In this document: positions 52,696 through 60,900 of the stretch, piece after piece
How positions within the stretch are numbered: the stretch's first letter is position 1
How the letters are laid out: every line of letters begins with the position of its first letter
From: an uncultured Candidatus Saccharibacteria bacterium
GTDB lineage: Bacteria > Patescibacteriota > Saccharimonadia > Saccharimonadales > CAZDBS01
NCBI GenBank assembly: GCA_964635445.1
Contig: CAZWNK010000001.1
Coordinates: 3,422-67,421 of the forward strand
DNA: 64,000 bases
Direction of reading: 5' to 3'
Notes under the pieces: model-generated
Databases searched by the model: none
Told to the model about the DNA's origin: nothing
The model's input: only the letters and a program-made list of their open reading frames with translations
Made by a program: the position numbers and the translations under genes

Positions 52696-52969
52696 TTTGC
52701 TCAATTTCTGACGTTTTTCGTCGGGAGTACATTGACAATAGACGGACATGTAGACATGTGCTTTCTGGAGCGAAAGATTTGGCTTCAACAAGCGCATGTG
52801 TACATGCAAACAATCGGGATTGTGTAGCTAGACTCGAGCGGTCGAGAAGCTAAAATCAAGCGGACTGTCAATCCAAGTCTTGGGTTTGATCTGCTAAGGT
52901 AAGTCACGGTTCAGAAATAACCCTGACGATTTCCTGGGATCCACAATCCATCATCGTAGGTGAAGCATC

Positions 52970-53042
52970 GGCCCTGTACCTCAGTCGGCAGAGGACCTGT
53001 CTAAAAAACAGGAAGTCGGTGGATCAATACCACCCAGGGTCA
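52970..53042 (+). tRNA. Non-canonical tRNA-like element, anticodon AAA (Phe-like)
   Basis: GGCCCTG/CAGGGTC, CCTC/GAGG, CCTGT-CTAAAAA-ACAGG, GGTGG-ATCAATA-CCACC; no CCA. Confidence 0.75.
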
Positions 53043-53079
53043 CTGGATCTTCGGATCCTTGACGTAAACGCTTCACCTA

Positions 53080-53154
53080 GCGCGCTTGGCTCAGTGGCAG
53101 AGCATCACCTTGCCAAGGTGAGGGTCACGGGTTCGATTCCCGTAGTGCGCTCCA
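53080..53154 (+). tRNA. tRNA-Gly(GCC)
   Basis: Canonical cloverleaf, TTGCCAA loop, GGTTCGATTCC, U73-CCA. Confidence 0.96.
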
Positions 53155-53173
53155 AGCAGCATCCGTGCTGCCC

Positions 53174-53259
53174 GGACTTGTAGCTCTTCGCTGTACAGCG
53201 AAGGAATAGAGCGTCGCCAACGAAGGCGAAGGTCGTAGGTTCGAATCCTACCAAGTCAG
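53174..53259 (+). pseudogene. Degenerate tRNA (Arg-ACG-like) with a hairpin inserted in the D-loop
   Basis: GACTTG/CAAGTC, TAGCTC..GAGC, TCGCC-AACGAA-GGCGA (6-nt loop), intact GTAGG-TTCGAAT-CCTAC. Confidence 0.7.
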
Positions 53260-53690
53260 CTAGCTCGACCATCTCACTGGTTCCTGGCTCTCCCCCAGAG
53301 AGATGGTCGAGCACCCTCGTCCAGGTCGTCTTCATCGACCTCCCGATCGTCGCTCAGGCGACCTGGACACCCCGTTCCTCTCGTGGGATCACGTGAATCC
53401 GTCGTCACGCGTCATCTCACGAGAGGGACCAAGTGTAGTACCGGTGCTGCAGCTAGAGTGTTTGCTATCACTCGAAAGGCATTGTGCTCCATAGAGTCGC
53501 AACTATGTTGAGCTGGCTTGCTGCAGCACCATGCTTCACCCCGGGAGTGCCTGTGGGCATCGTACACGAGTGAATTCCTCCTCGTAAGGTGAATGAAGTC
53601 AATGTCACCTCGGTGCCCCAGGCACTCCCAAAGCAACGTACCGCGAGTACGGTTGACCACCTTGGTCCCTTCGCGCTACATTGCTTCACA

Positions 53691-53742
53691 CGTATCCATA
53701 AGTGCATACCTTATGCTGATGAGCTGAAAACAGCGAAATACG
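53691..53742 (+). ncRNA. Type III hammerhead ribozyme
   Basis: CGTAT-C / CATAAG-TGCATAC-CTTATG / CTGATGA / GCTG-AAAA-CAGC / GAA-ATACG. Confidence 0.9.
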
Positions 53743-53747
53743 AGTTA

Positions 53748-53834
53748 ACAGAATCTAGAAGTCGGAATACAGAATCCAGAAATTGACTTGTAATAAATAA
53801 ACTTCTGGATTCCGAGATCCGGCTTCCGGCTTCT
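53748..53834. repeat. Degenerate heptamer repeats in inverted arrangement
   Basis: AGAATCT AGAAGTC GGAATAC AGAATCC AGAA ... TTCTGGATTCCGAGATCCGGCTTCCGGCTTCT. Confidence 0.65.
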
Positions 53835-53836
53835 CA

Positions 53837-54808
53837 TTAGAGCGCTATGCGCTCTATAGGCATATCGTGTAACTGTGTATCAAGTCTGATAATCCCTGGT
53901 TTCGCACCGACAACACCAACAACTGATGTTGAGTTGGCGCTTGCATAGGTGAGTGCCTTTTCGGTCGACTCGCCGCGAGCGATCATCGCCACAAACCCGG
54001 AACTAAACGCATCACCTGCTCCAAGTCGATCGACAACGGGGACGTCTTCATAGATCCCGGCCTTATACAGCGCTTCATGGTCTCGTGCGACGACCCCGTT
54101 CGGCCCATCAGTGATGACGACATACGGGATTTCGTGTGCTGCACGTGCCAGATCCTCCATGGATTCACCCTGGTACAGTTTTTGCATTTCTTCTTTGTTC
54201 AGCGACAGAACATCGATTTTGGGTAGAAGCATTTTCATTCTATCTGCTTGTTCCAGTTCATCATTGCCAGGATTCATCGCTATTTTCATACCCAATTTGT
54301 GAGCGGTGTTGACGAGATACTCCAGTACCTCCATATTCCCCGCCAAACTCGTAACGTACAGCCATTGCGCATGCAGGTGAGCTTCGGGATAGTCCGAGAT
54401 CTCGTGTGTATGCGCAGCTCCTCGGTAAATGAGGATCGTCCGTTCACCATCACCGTTGAGTAATATGGTCGAGTATTGCGTGCCAAGTGACTGATGATAG
54501 ACCACCCGTGAAGTATCAACATTATCTTCAGCAAGCGCATGGATGATATTTGTCGCCGCACTATCATGACCGAGCTTACCAGCGAAAGCAGCGTGGAGAC
54601 CAGCTCTCGCGAATGTCACTGCAGCGTTACTCGCACCCCCGCCAGTCCCAAATGTGATGCGATCGACTTCCAGTTTGGCACCGAGTGGAAACTGCTCGGC
54701 ACATTCTTTGGTCTCAGGATTACACACCGCAGAAATTGTCTCGCCCTGCAGATACACGTCCTGGGAAGCTGCTCCGATAGCGATGATAGACATGTCGGGA
54801 TGGTCCAT
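53837..54808 (-). CDS. PfkB family carbohydrate kinase
   Basis: GGGASNAAV, DRLGAGDAFSSGF. Confidence 0.93.
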   Translation of the reverse strand: MDHPDMSIIAIGAASQDVYLQGETISAVCNPETKECAEQFPLGAKLEVDRITFGTGGGASNAAVTFARAGLHAAFAGKLGHDSAATNIIHALAEDNVDTSRVVYHQSLGTQYSTILLNGDGERTILIYRGAAHTHEISDYPEAHLHAQWLYVTSLAGNMEVLEYLVNTAHKLGMKIAMNPGNDELEQADRMKMLLPKIDVLSLNKEEMQKLYQGESMEDLARAAHEIPYVVITDGPNGVVARDHEALYKAGIYEDVPVVDRLGAGDAFSSGFVAMIARGESTEKALTYASANSTSVVGVVGAKPGIIRLDTQLHDMPIERIAL

Positions 54809-54851
54809 AATGTTCAAGTTAAGCATAACAAATTTGCTACAATTATGAGTA

Positions 54852-55946
54852 ATGTCATTCACGCAACTCCAGACCCTCTACTATTCGTTTGGCCAAAGTC
54901 CCTGGCTCGATGCTCTCAGTCGAGACATGATCGAGTCGGGTGAATTGAAGCGCTACATCGATAGTGGCATACGCGGCGTGACGTCTAATCCCAGCATCTT
55001 TGAAAAAGCTATACTTGGTAGCGATAGTTACGATTCTACGTATCAGTACTTACGCCGTGAAGGTCACGATGTCGAGGCAGCGTTCGTACGTTTAGCACGT
55101 CAGGATATCCAGACGACCGCAGATATGTTGCTACCTCTGTACAAACGAACAGTTGGTCGTGACGGGTATGTCTCTATGGAAGTCTCGCCCCGCTTTGCGC
55201 ATGATACTGAGAAAACAGTCGAGCAAGCTCGCTGGCTTTGGGACACAATCGAACGACCCAATCTCATGATCAAAGTACCGGCAACTCGCGCAGGTTTACC
55301 GGCTATCGAACAACTGACTCGTGAAGGCATCAATGTCAACGTCACACTTGTCTTCGGACTACATCGCTATCTCGAAGTGATGCACGCCTATCTCAAAGGG
55401 CTCGAAACCCGTGACGGTAAACTCGATCACATTCATAGTGTTGCGTCATTTTTCGTGAGTCGTGTCGATACTCTGATCGACGAGAAGCTGAAAGAGTTAC
55501 ACAAGCCCACTGCTTCACGACTCCGAGGTCACATAGCCAATGCTCAAGCCTACGTCGCATATGAGATGTTCCTAGAGACTTTCTGTGAATCTAAGCGCTG
55601 GAACGAACTAAAAATGCGCGGAGCCAATATCCAGCGCCCGCTCTGGGCATCCACTTCAACCAAAAATCCTTCTTATCCAGACCTACTATACATTTCCAAC
55701 CTAGTCGTCGAGAACACTATCAATACCATGACGCCCGAGTCTATCGGCGCACTTGAAGACCATGGCAATCTCTTACAAGTCGCAGTCACGCCAGAACGCA
55801 TCAAGCATGCGCACGCCGTGCTCAATCACATCAAAGATTTAGGAATCGATATGACGGACGTTAGTCATCAACTTGAAAAAGAAGGCGTCGAGAAGTTTGA
55901 AAAAGCGTATGATGCCATACTTGCAGCTTTGGCTGCAAAAGACTAA
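54852..55946 (+). CDS. tal: Transaldolase
   Basis: GVTSNPSIF, NLMIKVPAT, GINVNVTL, RPLWAST. Confidence 0.95.
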   Translation: MSFTQLQTLYYSFGQSPWLDALSRDMIESGELKRYIDSGIRGVTSNPSIFEKAILGSDSYDSTYQYLRREGHDVEAAFVRLARQDIQTTADMLLPLYKRTVGRDGYVSMEVSPRFAHDTEKTVEQARWLWDTIERPNLMIKVPATRAGLPAIEQLTREGINVNVTLVFGLHRYLEVMHAYLKGLETRDGKLDHIHSVASFFVSRVDTLIDEKLKELHKPTASRLRGHIANAQAYVAYEMFLETFCESKRWNELKMRGANIQRPLWASTSTKNPSYPDLLYISNLVVENTINTMTPESIGALEDHGNLLQVAVTPERIKHAHAVLNHIKDLGIDMTDVSHQLEKEGVEKFEKAYDAILAALAAKD

Positions 55947-56854
55947 GGCCGAGCCTTTCCGGCGGAATTGTAAAAGGTTATTTTACTTTCGACGACGGAT
56001 TGTACTGCATCGTACACCGCTTGATTGATTTTGATAATGGCGAATTCATCCTTGTTTTCAGCCAGAACTTTTTCAAGTGTCGTACGGTAGGCATATCGCA
56101 TGTCTGAGTTTACGTTGATTTTGCTGACACCGATCTGGACCGCTCCTTCAAAATAGTGACCTTCAGTATCGCTGCCACCATGCAAGCTCAAATTACAATC
56201 CACAGCATCGCGTATCTTTTGCAACAACTCAAGATCGAGGACTTTCGGGACAGGATATTTCCCGTGCAGATTCCCGATCGCGACGGCATATGTATCGACA
56301 CCAGTTTCCTCAACAAATGCTCTGACATCAGCAGGCTTGGAGAATGTCTTCTTCACCTCATCATAATCAATTGTTTCATTATGCACATTTGATGAGCCCA
56401 TGAAATAATGTGCCTCGCTCTCGACACATGCACCAGTGAGTTTGGCATATTGGACTACTTCTTTCGTCGCCTCGATGATCTCTCGGTCAGTCGCATCGTG
56501 ATTGGATTGACTAACGTCAATATGGATAAACTCATACCCTGCATCAATACCTGCCTTGGCGTCTTCAACTGAAGGCGAGTGATCGAGATTGATGTACATT
56601 TCGACACCATACTCCCGCTTGTAGTTGTCGACCATATCACGAATGTTATAGAGACCCAGAGCCTTGACCTCGCCATCACTAACTTCCACCATGACAGGCG
56701 CATTCATCTTCTTGGCAGCGCGCGCAACTGCGACAAGTGTTTCTTGATTGTCGACGTTGAATGCCCCGACAGCAAAATGTTCGCTTCGAGAACGTTTCAT
56801 CAGTTCTCGCGCTTTGGCACAGTTTTCTCGTATCTCAGGCAATGTCAGTGGCAT
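55943..56854 (-). CDS. fba: Class II fructose-bisphosphate aldolase
   Basis: GAFN, LDH, GNLHGKY, LHGGS, KINVNS. Confidence 0.92.
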   Translation of the reverse strand: MPLTLPEIRENCAKARELMKRSRSEHFAVGAFNVDNQETLVAVARAAKKMNAPVMVEVSDGEVKALGLYNIRDMVDNYKREYGVEMYINLDHSPSVEDAKAGIDAGYEFIHIDVSQSNHDATDREIIEATKEVVQYAKLTGACVESEAHYFMGSSNVHNETIDYDEVKKTFSKPADVRAFVEETGVDTYAVAIGNLHGKYPVPKVLDLELLQKIRDAVDCNLSLHGGSDTEGHYFEGAVQIGVSKINVNSDMRYAYRTTLEKVLAENKDEFAIIKINQAVYDAVQSVVESKITFYNSAGKARP

Positions 56855-56856
56855 AA

Positions 56857-57837
56857 TTATTTCCCTTTCATACTTACAACATCATGTGCACTCATAACAA
56901 TATGGCGATCGCTCAAACCAAAATGCTCCATGAGCTCTTCCGGCTTGCCGGATTCACCAAATCTATCTCGCATACCGATACGACGCATCGGTGTGGGCAA
57001 ATTCTCTGAGAGCACTTCAGCTACTGCACCTGCAAGCCCCCCGGCTATCTGCCCCTCTTCACAGACGACAACGGCACGTGTTTTATCTACGCTATGAAGT
57101 ATCGTATTTTCGTCCAACGGCTTGATCGTTGGGACGTGGAGCACTTCAGCATCAATACCATCATGATGCAACTTCTGGGCTGCAACCATAGCATGGTATG
57201 TCATGAGTCCCGTCGCGATGATCGTGACATCACTCCCAGGACGATATATATAGGCTTGCCCGATCTCAAATGGCGTCTCTGGCATCGTCATGATGGGCGA
57301 AGCCTCACGGGCGACCCGTAAATATGCAGGATTTTTGGTGTCTTTGGCCAGTGCGAGCGTAGCTTTTTCGGCTTCTACTGCATCGCCAGGCACGATGACC
57401 GTCATGTGCGGCAACACACGCATGAGTGCAATATCTTCGAGCATCTGATGTGTTGCACCGTCCGGACCGACAGAAATACCAGCGTGCGAACCAACAATTT
57501 TCACTGGACGTTCATTGAGGCATATTGTCGTTCGGATTTGCTCCCAATTGCGACCAGGACTAAATGCTGCATACGATGACACGAAGGGGATCTTGCCCAT
57601 TGCTGCAAGCCCTGAACCGACGGTTACGAGGTTCTGCTCGGCGACGCCTACTTCAAAGAAGCGATCAGGAAAAGCCTCCGCAAACATATTCATCTGCGTC
57701 GAGCCTGTGAGATCAGCACACAGTGCCACGATGCGATCATCAGTTTCGCCCGCAGCCTTCAGGCCACGCCCAAATCCTTTTCTCGTTGGTTCAGACTGGA
57801 GGTCACTATGTATCTGGTGAAGGTGAAGGCTACTCAT
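56857..57837 (-). CDS. Transketolase, C-terminal section
   Basis: GVAEQN, GPDGATHQ, IKPLD. Confidence 0.93.
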   Translation of the reverse strand: MSSLHLHQIHSDLQSEPTRKGFGRGLKAAGETDDRIVALCADLTGSTQMNMFAEAFPDRFFEVGVAEQNLVTVGSGLAAMGKIPFVSSYAAFSPGRNWEQIRTTICLNERPVKIVGSHAGISVGPDGATHQMLEDIALMRVLPHMTVIVPGDAVEAEKATLALAKDTKNPAYLRVAREASPIMTMPETPFEIGQAYIYRPGSDVTIIATGLMTYHAMVAAQKLHHDGIDAEVLHVPTIKPLDENTILHSVDKTRAVVVCEEGQIAGGLAGAVAEVLSENLPTPMRRIGMRDRFGESGKPEELMEHFGLSDRHIVMSAHDVVSMKGK

Positions 57838-58717
57838 GTTCACTCCTGATCTTGCCACGAAGCGTTCTTAACTCATGGAGAGCTATTTTCGCCTGTTCAG
57901 CACGTGGTGGCGCACCCGCCACATCTTCGATACCGACCGGTATACCATGCCAATGATAGTCGTACTCCATAAAATCCACTCCTTTACCCGGGATAGTATG
58001 AGCCAGTATGACTGAGGGACGTTCGACAACTGCACGCGCCTGAGAACATGAATCGATGATCTCTTGGATATTATGGCCATCGATATCTTGGACGTGCCAG
58101 CCAAAGCCCTCCCATTTGGCGCGTAAATTCTCAAGCGGCATGACCTTTTCTGTCATCCCATCGATCTGAATGTTGTTGCGGTCGACGATGGCGATGACAT
58201 TATGTAGCTTGTACTTGCTGATAAACATCGCCGCTTCCCAGACGTTACCCTCGTCTAGTTCCCCGTCGCCGGTCACCACATATACCCATCGATGACTTTG
58301 GTTGTTCAGCTGCATACCCAATGCCATACCAGCCGCCTGACTTAAGCCCGAACCCAATGGCCCGCTTGTCGTTTCTAGCCCTGGCAGTCGCAATCGCTCG
58401 GGATGCCCTTGTAAACGTGAACCAAATTTGCGAAGCGTTTGTAACTCTTCGCGATCAAAATACCCAGCGTTTGCAAGTGTGGCGTACAGACCCGGCGCGC
58501 AATGACCATTGCTTAGCACAAAGACATCACGATCCTCCCAGCTTGGATTCTTCGGATTGTGGCGAAGTATATCAAAATACATAGCAGTGAATACGTCGGC
58601 GAGATCCAATGGACCCGCGGAATGTCCACTGCCAGCTTCTTCCAGCATCTTGATGATATCTTGCCGGATAGTATTGGCGATGAGTTCGAGTTCTTTGACT
58701 GTACGTGTTTGTGGCAT
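57830..58717 (-). CDS. Transketolase, N-terminal section
   Basis: SGH, LSNGH, LQGHP, GDGELDEG..WEA. Confidence 0.94.
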   Translation of the reverse strand: MPQTRTVKELELIANTIRQDIIKMLEEAGSGHSAGPLDLADVFTAMYFDILRHNPKNPSWEDRDVFVLSNGHCAPGLYATLANAGYFDREELQTLRKFGSRLQGHPERLRLPGLETTSGPLGSGLSQAAGMALGMQLNNQSHRWVYVVTGDGELDEGNVWEAAMFISKYKLHNVIAIVDRNNIQIDGMTEKVMPLENLRAKWEGFGWHVQDIDGHNIQEIIDSCSQARAVVERPSVILAHTIPGKGVDFMEYDYHWHGIPVGIEDVAGAPPRAEQAKIALHELRTLRGKIRSEHE

Positions 58718-58760
58718 AGAAAAACTGCGATCCTCTTTCTCTAAAACTATACCATAACCT

Positions 58761-59405
58761 TTATGAGACGAGACTTACCAATCGACTATATACGTCCTGA
58801 GGTTTGTCTGCGTGCTGAATAGCACCCCCCACGTTCAATACGTCCACGCCACCGTCAACAAGTTTTTTGGCATTATCTTGATTTACGCCACCGTCCCAAC
58901 CCAGCTCAAGAGAGGAGAGATCAGAGGCCAGAGACCGGAGGTCGGAGACTTTGGAAAGCAAGTCCAGGTTTGCTGTACCACCATAATGCCCAAGGTTTCC
59001 AGAAAAAATTAGAACGTGATCAAATTCAGCAACAACCGACTCGATGTTCGATGCGGGTGTGTCAGCCAAAAGCGCAACTCCTCGTTTGATACCGAGCTTC
59101 CCGAACTCTGAACTCCGATCTCTGAACTCTCTAAATCCCTCCGCCTCTGCGTGTACGATGACGAGATGAGGCTTTAGAGAGATCAACGTCTCTATATGTC
59201 TTTCCGGATGTTGATACATGAGATGTATGTCAGCAATGATCTCCTCGGGCCACCAATAGTTGATAAGCTCAGGACTTCTTGTCTCTACGAATTCACCGTC
59301 CATAAGATCCAGGTGTATTCGTTCACTGAAGCTAGCAATCTTCTCGAGCTGCTCTTTATACTCTTTGACAGAATACGGTGTCACCGAGGGACATATACAT
59401 GCCAT
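58761..59405 (-). CDS. rpe: Ribulose-phosphate 3-epimerase
   Basis: HLDLMDGEFV, DIHLM, DGGVN. Confidence 0.9.
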   Translation of the reverse strand: MACICPSVTPYSVKEYKEQLEKIASFSERIHLDLMDGEFVETRSPELINYWWPEEIIADIHLMYQHPERHIETLISLKPHLVIVHAEAEGFREFRDRSSEFGKLGIKRGVALLADTPASNIESVVAEFDHVLIFSGNLGHYGGTANLDLLSKVSDLRSLASDLSSLELGWDGGVNQDNAKKLVDGGVDVLNVGGAIQHADKPQDVYSRLVSLVS

Positions 59406-59848
59406 CAGATATCGTCCATTTGTCTATTACGTCGGATGTACCGTGTCGCTCCCGCAAACGGTGTCTCGAGCCACGCCTTGACTATCGCGTTCGTTTCATC
59501 TTCTTTCAAAATCCGAGAAGGCAAGCACAAGACATTGCTATCGTTATCATTACGCGTGATCTTTGCTTCCTCAACATCCCAGACGACAGACGCCCTGATG
59601 CCTTTGAAACGATTCGCAGCCATAGCCATGCCCTGCCCGCTGCCGCATATCAAAATTGCTCGAGGGTCCTGATCAGTACTACCGAGTATTTTTGTTGCTG
59701 CTATTGCAGCAAATTGAGGAAAATCATCCTCAGGGTCCAATTGCTTGTCGCCAACATCTTCGACATCGTAGTTATTGCGGGAAAGGTAGGCAAACAACTC
59801 TTGCTTCAGTTCAAACCCATTATGATCAGAGCCTACGTATATTTTCAT
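59405..59848 (-). CDS. rpiB: Ribose-5-phosphate isomerase B
   Basis: GSDHNG, CGSGQG, AANR, NDSNVL. Confidence 0.93.
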   Translation of the reverse strand: MKIYVGSDHNGFELKQELFAYLSRNNYDVEDVGDKQLDPEDDFPQFAAIAATKILGSTDQDPRAILICGSGQGMAMAANRFKGIRASVVWDVEEAKITRNDNDSNVLCLPSRILKEDETNAIVKAWLETPFAGATRYIRRNRQMDDI

Positions 59849-60864
59849 GCCTGCTGCAATGCTTTACCGACGTCTGCCGTCATCTCAACGAGCCTGTTGC
59901 TATAACCCCACTCATTGTCATACCAAGCGACAACTTTGACCATGTTGCCACCTATGACAGCAGTGAGCGGCAGATCGACAGTGGCTGAGTGGCTGTCACC
60001 TTTGAAATCCGAAGACACGAGTTCCTCTTCAGTAACTGCAAGTATGCCTTGGTAATACGGTTCCTTTGCGGCCTTTTTGAAAACTTCTTTGACTTCATCG
60101 ACAGTAACATCTCGTTTGGTGATCACCACAAAATCAGACAACGACACGACAGGGGTCGGAACACGAATCGATAATCCACCGAAGACGCCTTTGAGTGACG
60201 GCATGGCTTGTGCAGCGGCTATCGAAGCCCCGGTCGTTGTCGGCACGATATTCTCAGCAGCAGCCCGAGCTTCGCGTAGATCTTTGGCTGGAGCGTCCTG
60301 CAAGCGCTGGCTGGCCGTATAGCTATGGATGGTCGTCATCATCGCCTTCTCTATACCAAATGCCTGTTCCAACACCGCCATGACTGGTGTGATGCAGTTC
60401 GTCGTACATGATGCGTTGGATATGACTGCTCCGGCATGGTCGAGTTCATCTTCGTTGACGCCAAGGACTATTGTATTGGCACCTTCGCCTTTAGCGGGAG
60501 CCGAGATGATAACTTTTTTGGCTCCAGCTTGCTCAACATGCGCTTTTGCTTTGGCGGGATCTACAAACAGACCCGTTGATTCTATGACGACGTCTACGGC
60601 CAAGTCTTTCCATGGCAACTCTGCAGGATCAGTCTTGGCAAATACCTGTATTGGCGTGCCATTCACGATGATATGCTGGTCATCAAATGTTACTTGGTTT
60701 TGGTAAGTTCCATAACTTGAGTCGTACTTCAAAAGGTGTGCCAATGTCTTCGTGTCGGTCAGATCGTTGATCGCGACGATCTCAAGATCATCACGCTCAA
60801 AGGCAATTTTGAACGCATTGCGACCGATTCGCCCAAAACCATTGATAGCGATTTTTGCTTTCAT
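59845..60864 (-). CDS. gap: Glyceraldehyde-3-phosphate dehydrogenase, type I
   Basis: INGFGRIGR, SNASCTTNC, WYDNEWGYS. Confidence 0.98.
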   Translation of the reverse strand: MKAKIAINGFGRIGRNAFKIAFERDDLEIVAINDLTDTKTLAHLLKYDSSYGTYQNQVTFDDQHIIVNGTPIQVFAKTDPAELPWKDLAVDVVIESTGLFVDPAKAKAHVEQAGAKKVIISAPAKGEGANTIVLGVNEDELDHAGAVISNASCTTNCITPVMAVLEQAFGIEKAMMTTIHSYTASQRLQDAPAKDLREARAAAENIVPTTTGASIAAAQAMPSLKGVFGGLSIRVPTPVVSLSDFVVITKRDVTVDEVKEVFKKAAKEPYYQGILAVTEEELVSSDFKGDSHSATVDLPLTAVIGGNMVKVVAWYDNEWGYSNRLVEMTADVGKALQQA

Positions 60865-60900
60865 TCGTCCTCAATTCGCTTATGCTTGTATACTTAGATA

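Larger units (their letters stand above)
52701..53742 (+). ncRNA. ~1 kb multi-domain structured RNA array with tRNA/tRNA-like modules and a 3' hammerhead
   Basis: Consecutive stem-closed domains with + strand G-U pairs; no credible ORF; own promoter. Confidence 0.75.

Noticed and set aside
52701-53742. Interpretation as RNase P RNA, tmRNA, SRP RNA, group I intron or CRISPR array
   Set aside because: No GAGGAAAGUCC, no tmRNA ends or tag ORF, no SRP GNRA/GGAAG-CAGC domain, no convincing P7 core, and no identical direct repeats.
53105-53786. Short ORFs overlapping the RNA array (53105-53335, 53303-53494, 53412-53660, 53468-53707, 53589-53786)
   Set aside because: They overlap tRNA and ribozyme structures. 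Peptides such as LVGFEPTT and TGIEPVT are typical antisense-tRNA translations.
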